64,000 nt of DNA, taken from contig JASCQW010000162.1 in the NCBI GenBank assembly GCA_030264375.1, positions 19,201,546 to 19,265,545 on the forward strand, written 5' to 3'. This document shows, one piece after another, positions 51,043-63,387 of this stretch. The DNA comes from Carcharhinus longimanus. Lineage: Eukaryota. Position numbers and translations under genes: made by a program. Within the stretch, counting starts at the first letter, position 1, and every line of letters begins with the position of its first letter. Below the pieces are notes generated by a model. The model made no database searches. It was not told the DNA's origin and saw only the letters and a list, made by a program, of their open reading frames with translations.

Positions 51043-52636
51043 CGATATAAAATATAAAGAGAGCGAAAAATGTCTGTGCACGTTGTCCTCTTTATGAACC
51101 CTGAACAACTTTTCCTTCACATGAAATCTTATTTAATTAACTCTACTGCACCGTATTGTCAAAACTTGTTGATCAATCTGGATTAGAATTTGGAACTGAT
51201 CAGATCTAATCTTTTATTCTAAGTTCCCTTGATTCTGAAGAAATTCTCTGCTTGCTTTGTTTCACCTTTAGTTCTGCAGTGTATAACAAACTTCTGGTTT
51301 TCTATCACAATTGTGCTTTAACAATAAATTGAGCTTTTAAACCCTTAAGAATAGTAGGTAGTTTGTTTCTTGTTGAGTAACTAACTCTAGGAATCAAAAT
51401 TAAAAATGTGTTAGGTGCCAGCACTAGGTCATGAGTTTTAAAATCAAAGTGCCTCCATCTGAGAGCTCACTGAAGACCTGATTGTTGTCTGTTTCTCATC
51501 AAAATGATGTGTTTGTGTATTTGCTGACTAACTAGAATTTTTTTTGTGTCGCTGTATACTAATGGAAAATTAGTTTTGCAATGATAGCATTGTTTTGGTT
51601 AACTCACAATGTCTTTCAAACATTCAGTTGGGGAGTTCCTGGGAAAGTAACAATGTTCCCATTGCGTTTCCCAGAGAGGGTTGAAAACTCGTACAGGATA
51701 TGCCAAAGTAGTTGGACTGCAGTCATAATTAAATACTTGAAGATGCTAAAAGACATGGGAAATTCACAAGGAAATTGGCTTAAAGTAGGTGCTCTGGTAA
51801 AAGTACTACTAATATAGGCATAGGCCTAATGACTTCCTGTATTGAGATTTTTTTATGGAAGTTTAGTGGCTTGGTGGTGTTCAATAAAAAATATATTCTT
51901 GCAATTCACTTAAAGATACCAGATATAAATGTGACTAAATAGCCTTTTTTCTGACTGCAATTAATGCTCCCTACAAAAAGTTCCCTCATTGATAGAATTA
52001 GTCATTGGTCTGTCATTAATCTGCTCTTAACTTCATTGACTGTGCCTGTGGTTGAAAACCTGCTGTTGCTAGTATATAGAATTGAATTGCTGTGCTACAA
52101 CAACAGTCCACCATGAATTGCTGTGCTGCTGGAAAACATGCATGTTAAAATTGAAGGATTGGGTTTGGGCACCATAGAATAATATGACCAGTATATATTT
52201 GTAAATCAGTGCGTTTTTCAAAAAATATTCTGATTAATGCATCTGCTGATCGGAAGTGCTAGAGAAAAAACACACGTAAATGAACACAAACTTTTAACAC
52301 AATATTATGGCCAATCTTTATATTTATATAGAGCTGTGTCTAAATATTACCACAAGTTTTGATTTGATTTTGAGATGTGCTCAAAAGAATGTGCTCATCC
52401 TTGTTGTTAGGCATTTTTGCTTATTGGGGTTTGCCTCTTGACCCATGGAGGTTATTCACATCTTTGTACTTTCTTCAAGCTAGATGAGATATAAACTAAA
52501 CAGCCAAAAACAATTATGAAATTACTAAAAATGTGTATTCCACTGGTGAGAAACTGCTAGGAATCAGGATTATCATTTTATAAAGTTAAAGAATGTACAT
52601 CCTTTAAAGTGTTGTTAAAGGATTAAAGATTTTCAT

Positions 52637-52948
52637 AGATTAGAATCATAGTCTCATCTGCACTGTAGGGATTTTTTTCGGCTCATCGAGCCTGTACTGA
52701 CAACAATTCCACCCAGGCCCTATCCCCATAACCCCATTTATTTATCCCAGTAATCTCCCTGACACTAAGGGGCAATTTAGCATGGCCAATCAACCTAACA
52801 CTGTGACGTGGGAGGAAACTGGAGCACCCAGAGGAAACCACATAAACACAGGAGAATGTGCAAACTTCACACAGACAGTGACCTGAGACCAGAATTGAAC
52901 CCAGGTTCTTGCGCTCTGAAGCAGCAACGCTAATCACTGAGCCACCCA
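52637..52948 (-). mobile_element. HE1-like V-SINE
   Basis: Head, V-domain and tail are present. The tail segment TCTGCACTGTAGGGATT is locally inverted. Confidence 0.8.
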
Positions 52949-53426
52949 TTGGAGAGGATATATGACCAAGAGAAATTGGGACCTGATATGGAGTTTGTGT
53001 GAATCCAGCAAGGAGAGTTGAGAAATCAAGACTGGAGGTGACAAAAACGTATGAGGTGATGATGAGATTGCTTTTGTTTCAACTTAAAGTTGTGGAAACA
53101 GGAAGATGCAACTATGTAAAGAAAAAGAAATCTAGTGGGACTCTAGGTGCATAATAGATCTGGTTTTCTTCTGAATCTTCAAATTACCTTGCTTTACCTT
53201 GGGTTGGAGGAATTACCAGGTTGGCTTCACGACAGATGACCAAGTAGACCACACAGCTAGCATCGTGTAAATCTTTCTTTGTTCTCCCAGCCTTTACGGT
53301 GACTGAACACTACATATAGTTTAATATCTGGAACTAGTGAGTCATAGAGAAACAAACTAAAATTCCAACAAGTTCCTGTGACCTTACTGTACATGTTAAC
53401 TTAAATGCTGACCATCACAGAAGGAT

Positions 53427-53735
53427 TAAAAGTTTAAAGTTTAAGTTTATTTATTGGTCACAAGTAGAAATATATTAACACTGCAATGAAGTTACTGTGA
53501 AAACCCCCTCGTTGCCACACTACGGCGCTGGTTTGGGTACACTCGGAGAATTTGGCATGGTCAGTTCAGCTAACCTGCACATCTTTGGGCTGTGGGAGGA
53601 AACCACAGCACCTGGAGGAAACCCATGCAGACACAAGAAGAATGTGCAAACTCCACACAGACAGTGACCCGACCCGGGAATCGAACCCAGGTCCCTGGAG
53701 CTGTGAAGCAACAGTTCTAACCACTGTGCTGCCAA
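53427..53735 (-). mobile_element. V-SINE, tail type B
   Basis: AACACTGCAATGAAGTTACTGTGAAAACCCC...GGGAATCGAACCCAGGTCCC...TAACCACTGTGC. Confidence 0.85.
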
Positions 53736-53759
53736 GCCACCCCACAGTATCGACAATGT

Positions 53760-54008
53760 GAGAGGAGAGGTACATTATTTGTACCTTTAAGACTTGATTA
53801 GCTGTAAAGACTTGCATTCCAACCATTACCTTGTAAATTAAGTTTGTGTCTGTATATGCTCTGGTTGTGAACACAAGCCTTCACTCACCTGATGAAGAAG
53901 CAGTGCGCCGAAAGCTTGTGCTGCCAAATAAACCTGATGGACTTTAACCTGCTATTGTAAGACTTCTTACTGTGTTTATTCCAGTCCAACGCCAGCATCT
54001 CCACATCA
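53760..54008 (+). mobile_element. Penelope-like repeat (family 1), longer copy, with a hammerhead motif at 53885-53920
   Basis: TCAC-CTGATGA-A-GAAGC-AGT-GCGCC-GAAA-GC-TT-GTG, then CCAAATAAACCTG...CCAGTCCAACGCCAGCATCTCCACATC. Confidence 0.65.
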
Positions 54009-54009
54009 C

Positions 54010-54295
54010 TGATTAATGGACAGGGAGCAGAGATTAAGGATAAGCAGGGAATTTTCAAGTTGGCAGGCTGTAAGTAGTGGTGTTGCAAGGATCAGTGCTG
54101 AGGCCTCAGCTATTTGCAGGCTATATCATTGATTAGCCAGAGAGATTGAGAGCACCGTATCCAAGTTTGCTGATTATACAAAGTCAGGCGAGAATGTAAG
54201 CTATGAGGACCACATCAGGAGATATAAACACATGGATACAGAGAAATAGTACATGGATAACATGATAACAGATGGAGCATAATGTGGGTCATGTA
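54010..54295 (+). mobile_element. CR1 RT fragment
   Basis: WQAVSSGV.QGSVLRPQLF and SKFADYTK remnants. Confidence 0.65.
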
Positions 54296-54319
54296 TGGTT
54301 ATTCACTTTCGTAGAACAA

Positions 54320-55376
54320 TGAAGAACAGAGAACAGTAAAGTACAGGAACAGGCCCTTTGGCCCTCCAGGCCTGTGCCAATCCTGATACCATCCTAAACC
54401 AAAACCATATGCACTTATGGAGTCCCTATCCTTCCATTCCATNNNNNNNNNNTCATCCAGATGCCCCGTAAATGCTGCTATCATACCAGCTGGGAGCTCC
54501 CTGAGCAGTGCGTTCCAGACATTCACCACCCTCTGCATAAAAAAACCTGCCTTGTACATCTCTTCTAAACATTTCCCCACGCACTTTAAATCTATGTCCC
54601 CTTGTATTTGACTTTTCTACCTAGGAAGGAACATCTGACTATCCATTCCGTTCATGCCATTCATAATCTTGTAAACGTCTATCAAGTCACCCATCAATCT
54701 CTGTTGTTCTAGTGAGAAAAAAGTGAGTTTCTTCAACCTCTCCTCAGAGGCAATACCCTCCAGACCAGGCAACATCCTGGTAAACCTCTTCAGTACCCTC
54801 TCCAAAGCATCCATGTCCTTCTGGTAACGTGGTGACCAGAATTATATGCAATATTCCAAATGAAGCTTAACTAAATTCTGCACTGTTGCAGCACAACCTA
54901 TCAAATTTTATACTCAATGCCCTGACAAATGAAGGCAAGCATGCCATATGCCTATTTGACTACCTTATCCACCTGCATGGCCACTTTTACTGACCAGTGT
55001 ACATGTACGCCCAGATCTCTGGCTGACAATACTCCCAAGGGTTTTGCCATTTACTGTATAATTCCTACATGCATTGGACGTTCCAAAATGCATGACATCA
55101 TATTTGTCTGGATTAAACTCCACCTGACATTTCTCCACCCAAGTCTCCAACCGCTCTATATCTTGCTGTATTCTCTGACAATCCTCTTCATTATCTGCAT
55201 GTCCACCAATTTTTATGTCATCTGTGAACTTACTAATGAGGCAGTTAAATTTTCCTCCAAATCATTTATATATACTATGAACAACAGAGATCCCAGAACT
55301 GATCCCTGTGGAACAATGCTAGTCACAGCCTTCCATTCAGAAAATCACCCCTCTACTACTACCCTCTGCCTTCTAT
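54320..55376 (-). mobile_element. CR1 LINE, 3' ~1 kb
   Basis: ORF pieces ALERVLKRFTRMLPGL, FFMQRVVNVWNAL and QVEFNPDKYDVMHFG, a reverse-complemented VPQGSVLG motif at ~55290-55315, and a CR1 tail. Confidence 0.9.
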
Positions 55377-55382
55377 GCTCCA

Positions 55383-55583
55383 TAAGACATCTCACAACAC
55401 TAGGTCAAAGTCCAATAGGTTTATTTGGTAGAACAAGCTTTCAGAGTGTCACTCCTTCTTCAAGTGAGTTTTCAGGTGACACTCCGAATGCTTGTGCTAC
55501 CAAATAAACCTGTTGGACTTTAACCTGGTGATGTGAGGCTTCTTACTATGCCCACCCCAGTCCAATGCCAGCATCTCCACTTC
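55383..55583. mobile_element. Penelope-like repeat (family 1) in an inverted (fold-back) configuration
   Basis: 55383-55467 is the reverse complement of the family-1 unit, including a hammerhead-like motif. 55476-55583 is a forward, 5'-truncated copy. Confidence 0.75.
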
Positions 55584-55779
55584 ATTTTACAGTAGGGCAG
55601 ACCGTGGACTTTTGACAGAATCATGGCTCAGTTAAGGACTATAAATGGCCAGTCAATGGCCCCCTAAGGGCCTTTCCCCACCCAGTCTCTATTTTTGATG
55701 GTGGGAAATAGGAAAAGTTCTCACGCTTGGGCTGGAAGGCGGAGGGGGGGCTTAACTGGCAGGCCCCTTCCAACTGGGG

Positions 55780-55960
55780 GCTCCCTCTGGGACTGAAGAA
55801 CTGGAATCCTGGAACTCCCTTCCTAAAGGCACAGTGGTGCATCTACACCACATGGACTGTAGTGGTTCAAGGAGGTGGCTCATCACCACTTTCTCAAGAG
55901 CAATTGGAGATGGGCAACAAACATTGGCCTTGCCAGCGATGCACATATCCTATCAAATAA
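55780..55960 (+). mobile_element. LINE 3' tail fragment
   Basis: TGGAACTCCCTTCCT...GTGGTTCAAGGAGGTGGCTCATCACCACTTTCTCAAGAGCAATTGGAGATGGGCAACAAAC. Confidence 0.6.
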
Positions 55961-57091
55961 AAACTTGTCTGATATACTGCTGACTGGCAGGGTTATAATC
56001 TCCCTTGATGTGTCAGTTGAGCTTTCGTCACCAGCCTCCTTATGTTTTGAAAGCTTTGAAATAACAATCTGAGTTATATGCGCAGATATTGCTTTCTTTG
56101 ATTAAGGTATGGGCAGCAGTTATTGATAGGTTTAGTGTACAAGAATGGAAGTCACTCTTAGTGACAATCAGTCAAAATACACTCGTGTTCTTGACAGAGC
56201 AGTTCTATGGAACAATCAGCACTGTGATTTATGGAAAGACCATGGGTGGAGAAATCATCAATATTTTTGACAGAATGGATGGGATAGGCAGCTTTAAATT
56301 GTGATTGAATGAGTAAAGCTAAATTCATTCAAATGGAGCAGTTACAATGCAATTAAAAAAAGCTCTAGGCAAAAAGTTCTCAAATAGCACCAAGTGATTT
56401 ATGTGACGTGTGAAATATTGAAAGAATGGTCATTGTATTGAGCAGTTTAAAACTATTAACAATAAAGAAATACATAGGGGATAAGGCCTAAGGTCATTTC
56501 ACTCAGTTATTAGACTCATCCAAGTTCCAATATAAAAGTAAGTGATGTAATATTACAGGACAGCTTTTGTTATTTTCACCAGGATTTATAGAATTAGAAG
56601 CAGGAGTAGGCCATTCAGCCTTTCAAGCCTGCTCTGCCATTCACCTCTATCATGGCTGATCATCGAATTCAATATTCTTACGCCCCGCCCCCCTCATCCT
56701 GGATTTTCCTCCCACAGATTGAGAGGAATTTGCTCTGTCTTGCCCTTGATCTTATCAGGAGAGTGGGGAGGTGACCAAGATGAATGGAGAAAAAGCTTCC
56801 AGTACACGTGCTTTCTCACTGGAGACAACAGAGACTAACACCAGAAGGGCAGGGAGTGTATTCTAAATTGGGGCACCTCAATGCCAATTTATCACATATA
56901 GCAGATGTTGTTCTGGGCATCAAGGTGGCATCATGGAGTCGATCAGCTTTGCCTTTGGGGGCCACAGTCTCTAACTACTGAAAGTAGTGATGAAGGTTAA
57001 ATAAGATCGTTAAAAAGCACAACTGTTTGGGATCAAGTTGAGAAGTGTTTGCTCGTGCAGATCCTTGATTAGACCACATTGCTGTGAATAG

Positions 57092-57232
57092 TGGATAAAA
57101 ACAAATTACTGCAGATGCTGGAATCTGAAACCAAAAGAGAAAATGCTGGAAAATCTCAGCAGGCCTGGCAGTATCTGTAAGGAGGGAAAAGAGCTGACGT
57201 TTCGAGTCCAGACCACCCTTTGTCAAAGCTGT
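57092..57232 (-). mobile_element. Penelope-like short repeat (family 2) with a U3-A8 variant hammerhead motif at 57192-57230
   Basis: Minus strand reads AGCT-TTGACAA-A-GGGT-GGTCTGG-ACTC-GAAA-CG-TC-AGCT, then TTTCCAGCATTTTCTCTTTTGGTTTCAGATTCCAGCATCTGCAGTAATTTG. Confidence 0.7.
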
Positions 57233-59470
57233 AAATAGTTCTGCTCTCCAGATTACTAAAATAATATTGAAGAAGATATAACAATGACATATCAGGAAGA
57301 TACTGAAACTGAAAGTTTATATCCATCAGGGCAGAATGAATGGACTGGGATTCTTTAGAATAAAGGAAACTGTAGAGCGACCTCATAAGAGTCTTTATGA
57401 TTGTAATGGGTTTGCTAGGATCAACACGTAATGAAGTTGTTTCTACTAGAACCAGATACCAGAAACCAGAAACTCCTTATCCAAAGAGATTATCTCTCTC
57501 TCTCTATGACATAGTCATTGTTTTACAACTGCAAAATGCCTTGGGACATTTTGTTATGATAACGGTACAATATAAATGTAAATCATTATTGTTGCTGTTA
57601 GAATGTGGGACTTGTGACCATAGGAGTGGTTCAGTTGAATAGCATTTAAGAGAATTCAAATAGACACATGCAGGAGAAAGGAATGGAAAGGTATGGTGAT
57701 GGTGGGTATTTCAGATGAAGAAGGGTGAGAAGTGCTTCAGGTGAATCAGAAACACCAGGATCACCAGTTGGGCTGAATGGCCTGTTTCCATGCTGCAAAG
57801 ACTATGAGTGGCATTTAATAAAAGCATCAGAGATTTCACCTCCCTGCTCTCGGGAATCCTGCCGAGTCACCTCCTTTTAGGAAGGCCAGCAGAACTTAGT
57901 GCCAGTCAGGCACTCAGTGGGGCAATGGCAAGCCTTTGCTGGGTCAAGGATCCCAGGGTGGAACTGATGCTCTCCCAAGAGCCANNNNNNNNNNNNNNNN
58001 NNNNNNNNNNNNNNNNNNNNNNNNNNNNNNNNNNNNNNNNNNNNNNNNNNNNNNNNNNNNNNNNNNNNNNNNNNNNNNNNNNNNGTGCTAATCACTGTGC
58101 CACCGTGCTGCCCATTGCTTTCATCTTTGAATCTTACATTCAAAAGTGTGTTTGTCATTGTGCTTCAGTCTAACAGTCATGTTTCTTCGAAGTCTGCTTA
58201 CAATAAAGTATCATTCTTTTTGCACAATTTTATAAGTTTTTAAAAATTCTCACTGACAAGCGTATTCTATGATTTTTGACCAAATATTTTGGAATCCTGT
58301 ATTCTTTATTCTGGTGAACTGTACTGTACTGATTTTTATAGAGACCTAACTCTAATGTGAAGTCCATGGTGTTCTGAAGAAAGTTTTGTGAACAATGCAA
58401 AATCATACAGAAAGTTGGTGCACACTCAATATTGTCGGAATACACAATTTATTCCTGTTTATTCTTCAATTTGTGGTGTCAATTGTACCTTTGTCCTCAA
58501 CAGATCAATTAACATTGTGACCCACTAGATACCTCCCTTCCAGATTTTTGAATTTCTTAGATGGACCAATCCAGACTCACTCTCTCTCTCTCTCTCTCCN
58601 NNNNNNNNNNNNNNNNNNNNNNNNNNNNNNNNNNNNNNNNNNNNNNNNNNNNNNNNNNNNNNNNNNNNNNNNNNNNNNNNNNNNNNNNNNNNNNNNNNNC
58701 CCCCCTCAATACTCCTTTTATGCCCTTAACTATTTGAAGCCTTTGTACAGATGCTGTGGTGGGATAAAGACCATTCGTTCAACATTAGCAAGAGACAGCA
58801 TATATCTTGTATGGCCTCATCGAGATGTCCATGTACATTTTTCCTTCATTATTTCTACTACATTTGACAGTTTGTATATTGAAAAATTAGTTGCTGCATA
58901 ATGGTTGTCAGGTGCTGATGGAAATGCAAACTATAGTAAATATTCTGTCTTGGCTCGTCCTGAGAAATTGCATATGACTGCCATTTAATTTGCTTTCCTT
59001 CCTGAGTACTATAATTATATGTAATTAGGTACATTATTGAAATGACACAACCTGATTTGGCTGCTAAAAAAACTATTGACCCTAGTTAAACTCTTTCATT
59101 CTACAAACTCATTTGTATTATAGAGCAACCTTTCAGAGCTGTTGTACACTGAGTTCCATCGCCTGCTGATAAAATGAGCCCAATAGCAAAGGTATAATGA
59201 AATAGAAAAACAGGGTGGAAATAGGATCAGAAGTATTCATAGCTACCTCTTGCCTCTGCTTTCTGACCTTGTCAAACTTTTGCATTTGTCTTTAGTAGTA
59301 GTTAGCAAAACTACTACTAAAGCAAAAGGCCTAGCCCAGAGCAAAATAATTCATAAAGCCCTACATGTGCACTGGTGATCTAATTATTTTTGACCAGTAT
59401 TACTCTATTGGGTCCAAGAACTGCAGTTCTGGAAGAGATCTGAAGTTGCAGTCAGAATTAAACGAAGATA

Positions 59471-59915
59471 GACTTGCACATATGTGGTGCCTTTTGCAAC
59501 ATCAGAAGTCTCAAAGTCCTTCCCAGCTAATTAAGTACTTTTGAAGTATAGTCACTCTTGTAATAAAGGGAACACAGCCGCCAATTTGTTCACACAAGGT
59601 TCTACAATGTTATAATGACCAGATAATGTTTTTGTGATGTTGATTGAGGGATATATACTGGCTAGACTTGGGAGGTAACTCCCCTGCTCCTTGAAACAGT
59701 CCAACACTGGCATCCCACACTTTGAAACAGTGCCGTGGGGCCTTTTATATCCATCTGAGGGCAGATGGGATCTCAGTTTAATATTCCATTGGAAAGATGG
59801 TATCTCCGATAATACAGCTTCCTTAGTACTGCACTGAAGTGTCAGCTGTAAAAATTTGTTTTGTGCTTGAGCCTACAACCTTCTGATTCAGAAACAAAGT
59901 GTGACTGAGTCATGA
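59471..59915 (-). mobile_element. DeuSINE (SacSINE1-like)
   Basis: Reverse-complemented Deu-domain (CAAATTGGCGGCTGTGTTCCC...AGTGACTATACTTCAAAAGTACTTAATTAGCTG) with a tRNA-like head remnant near 59870-59915. Confidence 0.75.
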
Positions 59916-60077
59916 CTGAAATTTTTGCTTTGCTTTCATTATTGCCACAGTTTAGTGATAGGAATAAATGGCTTCTGGTTTCTTGATGGGGGAAAATTAT
60001 CAATATTCATTGTTGATCATTCAGTTCTGTTTTTAAGTGGAAAGTGGAGCTCAATACATAACAGCATGCAAGCCAAA

Positions 60078-62565
60078 TTAATGTATGTCTTGTCTGGCTT
60101 GCCATATTTTGCAAGCCAGTGCATTATGGGATCACAGGATCCACGTTTTCTTAGTTTGGTTGCTAAAGCAATAAAAGATAGTTGCCGTGTTAATCACCAC
60201 CTGTGTCTACATGGTATTGATTAATCTTTGAAGGATACCAGGACCAAAACAGAACAAACCTTTGTGGTAATGCTACTCAAAATGAAACTAAAGTAACAAA
60301 ACTTAATTTTTCAATTGAACCACATGTTGGATTTGTACTGCATGGTATAAAAGGGCCAGCAGTGAAAAACAGGGATCTGCAGAATTTGGAGCAAAAGGAA
60401 ATCTACAGCCTTTAAAACTAAAATGAAACTGCGGTATAATTTGTAAAGAACTGCAATTGTCATTTTTCTTTTATTTTTAAATTTACTGAGCCATCAGAAG
60501 TGCTGTTGCTTTAAGTTTTTAAAAAAAATCAGAGGGACACTCATAAAAATGGAAAGGAGTTAGGAAAAAGAAATAACTGGTGAAAGAAAGCTGGTCCCGA
60601 TTGGACAGTTAATCCACCAGGATCCTGAAATGCTCTACAACTTGCAAATTGTGAAGTTAGGGCTCAAACATGCCCTCTGGTGTGGAGAGACCCAAGGCAT
60701 TTGCTAAATGGACTTTATAAGTAAAGCCGAGAGCTGATATACTCCAAATAGAAGGTGAAGCAATGGGGATCATTTTCAGAAACTGGAAATTTCGTCTATA
60801 CCTGTTTGGATAGAAATTCACACTCCTGACTGACCAGCGACCATTCACCTCTGTATTGGGACCACACACGTACCTAATGAAGGGATACGAGTAGGATATA
60901 ATGTTGGGCGTTGATGTTGAATGCTCGTACGTGACAAATACCAAAAATCTTGCATGGCATTGCTGATGGTCTTTTGAGGCTGCCCCTACCAGTCAACTAT
61001 AGGGACACTGCTCAAAAAAGCATCACCTACGTTGCACACATGGAGAACACATCCGTCACTTCGGTCCAAATTGAGAAGGCCATTTGAATGCACCCAACAT
61101 TGTTCGTAATGGCCTTTCTGATGCGTGGCAACTCTTCCCTGGACTTCCAAGTCTCACCTTCTTCATCCTTATGTTTCCAGAAAGATGGAGGTTAACAGTC
61201 ACTTCAGGATGTTTGCTTTGGGACAGCGTTGGACCAATTGTATTCGAAATACTGGAATAGTTCACGTGAAGGAAGTCTCAAGAAGCTACTTCCATTAGCC
61301 TGGCCAGGACTAATACATTGAAGCTAAGGAAGATCTGTTCTTTGTCAGAATTTGAAAAACATGGTTCAATCCCTCCATCCATGGGATTGTCTGGAAAACT
61401 CTTGGCAGTGCGTCCATGTCAGTCTTGCTGGTCCATTTGAAGTAGTGATGTTTATGGTGGTTATGGGTGCTTTTCCAAATGGCCAGAAGTTTCTGTGATG
61501 TCCTCAGTGCTGAGTGTACAATTCAAAGGCTAAGAAAAATTTTGACTCATCATGGTTATCAGAAGAATTTGTGACAGCCAACGGACTTCAATTTGTCTGT
61601 CAGAAGTGTGAGAATTTTTTGAGATGGAGTAATGGAATTCACCACATCATTTCAGCACATACCACCCATCCAACAATAGAGCAGCAGAGAGATTTGTTCA
61701 AACCATGAAACATGCTTTAAGGGCATTATAAGGACGTTCCTCAATTTGAGGCCTTCTGGACATGTTTCTCCTGGCATACAGAAACATGCCACATGCTACA
61801 ACTAAAGCATCTCCAGCATTCCTATTAATGGAATGGCAACTGGGAACTTGCTTTGATCTGTTGAAACCAACAAAAACACGACAGATTATGCAAGATCATT
61901 AGCACGACCAAGTGGAACGAAGAGCGCAAAGATCAAAGCCAAGAATATTCTGTTCAGGACAAGAGGACCCAGCTCATAATTATGCTACCGGAACTAAATG
62001 GGTTCCTGCTGCTGTGATTGCATAGACAGGATTTGTTTCGAACACTGTTCAAACAGCAGATGATCTCACCTGGTGGAGAAATGATGACAAACTGTTGCCA
62101 AGTCGAGCATCATGTAAGGATACACCTCTAATGAAAGAGCCTGATTTCATCACTTCCAGTGATCTCCAAGTCATGGAATGCCGACTCCAGCTTCACCTCA
62201 GTCTAGTTGAAGTTATTGCATCTTCAGCATTAGACATAACTTCAGATTCAGCTACAAGTCTTAAATTGTCATCAGTCTCCAGTGAGCATTCCTCTGTAAA
62301 AGCACCAGATGTCCCAGAAGCAAAGAAAACCTCCTGAGTCTTGAATCAGAACATGTTTTGTTAAGCTGACATTTTCAGGCTGGAGGAATATGTTATGCAT
62401 TGTATACCTTGTCTGACTTAGTGTACTTTGCAAGCCAGTGCATTATGGCATCGCAGGATCCATGTTTTCCCGTTCGTTCAATTGCTGAAGGATAATTGCA
62501 TGTTAATCACTTCCTGTGTCTATGTGGTTCTGATTAATCTTTGAAGGGTACCAGGATCAAAAACA
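60078..62565 (+). mobile_element. Internally deleted Gypsy-type LTR retrotransposon with both LTRs and an integrase remnant
   Basis: Direct repeats at ~60078-60257 and 62391-62565 (TTTGCAAGCCAGTGCATTATGG...GATTAATCTTTGAAGG.TACCAGGA.CAAAA). A PPT-like GGAGGAA precedes TG at 62391. Integrase remnants are LAGPFE, FSKWPEV, VTANGLQF, AAERFVQTMK and FLLAYRNMPHATT. Confidence 0.85.
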
Positions 62566-63387
62566 CGGTGCATGCTCTAACTGTATATCCTCACTATAAG
62601 TTACCCCACTTAGGACATTGTTCTTTAATGTCCTTCACTGTTTTAGCTTTTTTTGTTTGATGTTGCCATTTTCAATTATAAGTCATCTGCACTCTACCTC
62701 CTCACCCCCACCTCGTGCTGCATACTGGGCTAACTACCATCATATTCAGGGGCTGGTGCTGCTGCCACAGTCATCCGAAGCCCACGCTTTGGGGAGAGTG
62801 AGGCGTGCGATTCAAGAGCAGGAGTGCAGGCAGGGATGGGAAACTGCCACTGTTAGTTATGTAATGACCGAGACATTGGGAAAGGAGGAAGAGCGATGCA
62901 GAGTGGGAGGGACAGCTGGAAGGGGAAAGGTGGGGGGGATGGGGGGCGAAAGGGAATGTGAGAGTGGAAGAGGGAGGTTCAGGAGTGCTGCGGGTGAGAC
63001 TCAGAAACTGTGCTGCACAGGGCTCGTTTCGGGCAGAAAATTAAGTTAAGGACATAGTCGGGTCAGCCACAATTCTGTTGAATGGCCTAGTCCTTTTTTT
63101 TATGTATTGTTATGAAAATGCAGTTGTGTACTTTGGAAAGCACTGTATAAAAAAAATTAATGACATTCATTTGCTAATAATGCTGGTTCTTGAAAGGCAA
63201 GGTTAAAAAGATTTCACTTTTTCATTCTCAGTGTTTCNNNNNNNNNNNNNNNNNNNNNNNNNNNNNNNNNNNNNNNNNNNNNNNNNNNNNNNNNNNNNNN
63301 NNNNNNNNNNNNNNNNNNNNNNNNNNNNNNNNNNNNNTCAGTGTTTCACGTAGATGTGCATAACTTTGATTATATGTAACTTATAAA

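Noticed and set aside
54929-55507. 192-aa plus-strand ORF
   Set aside because: It is the antisense reading of a CR1 ORF2 fragment.
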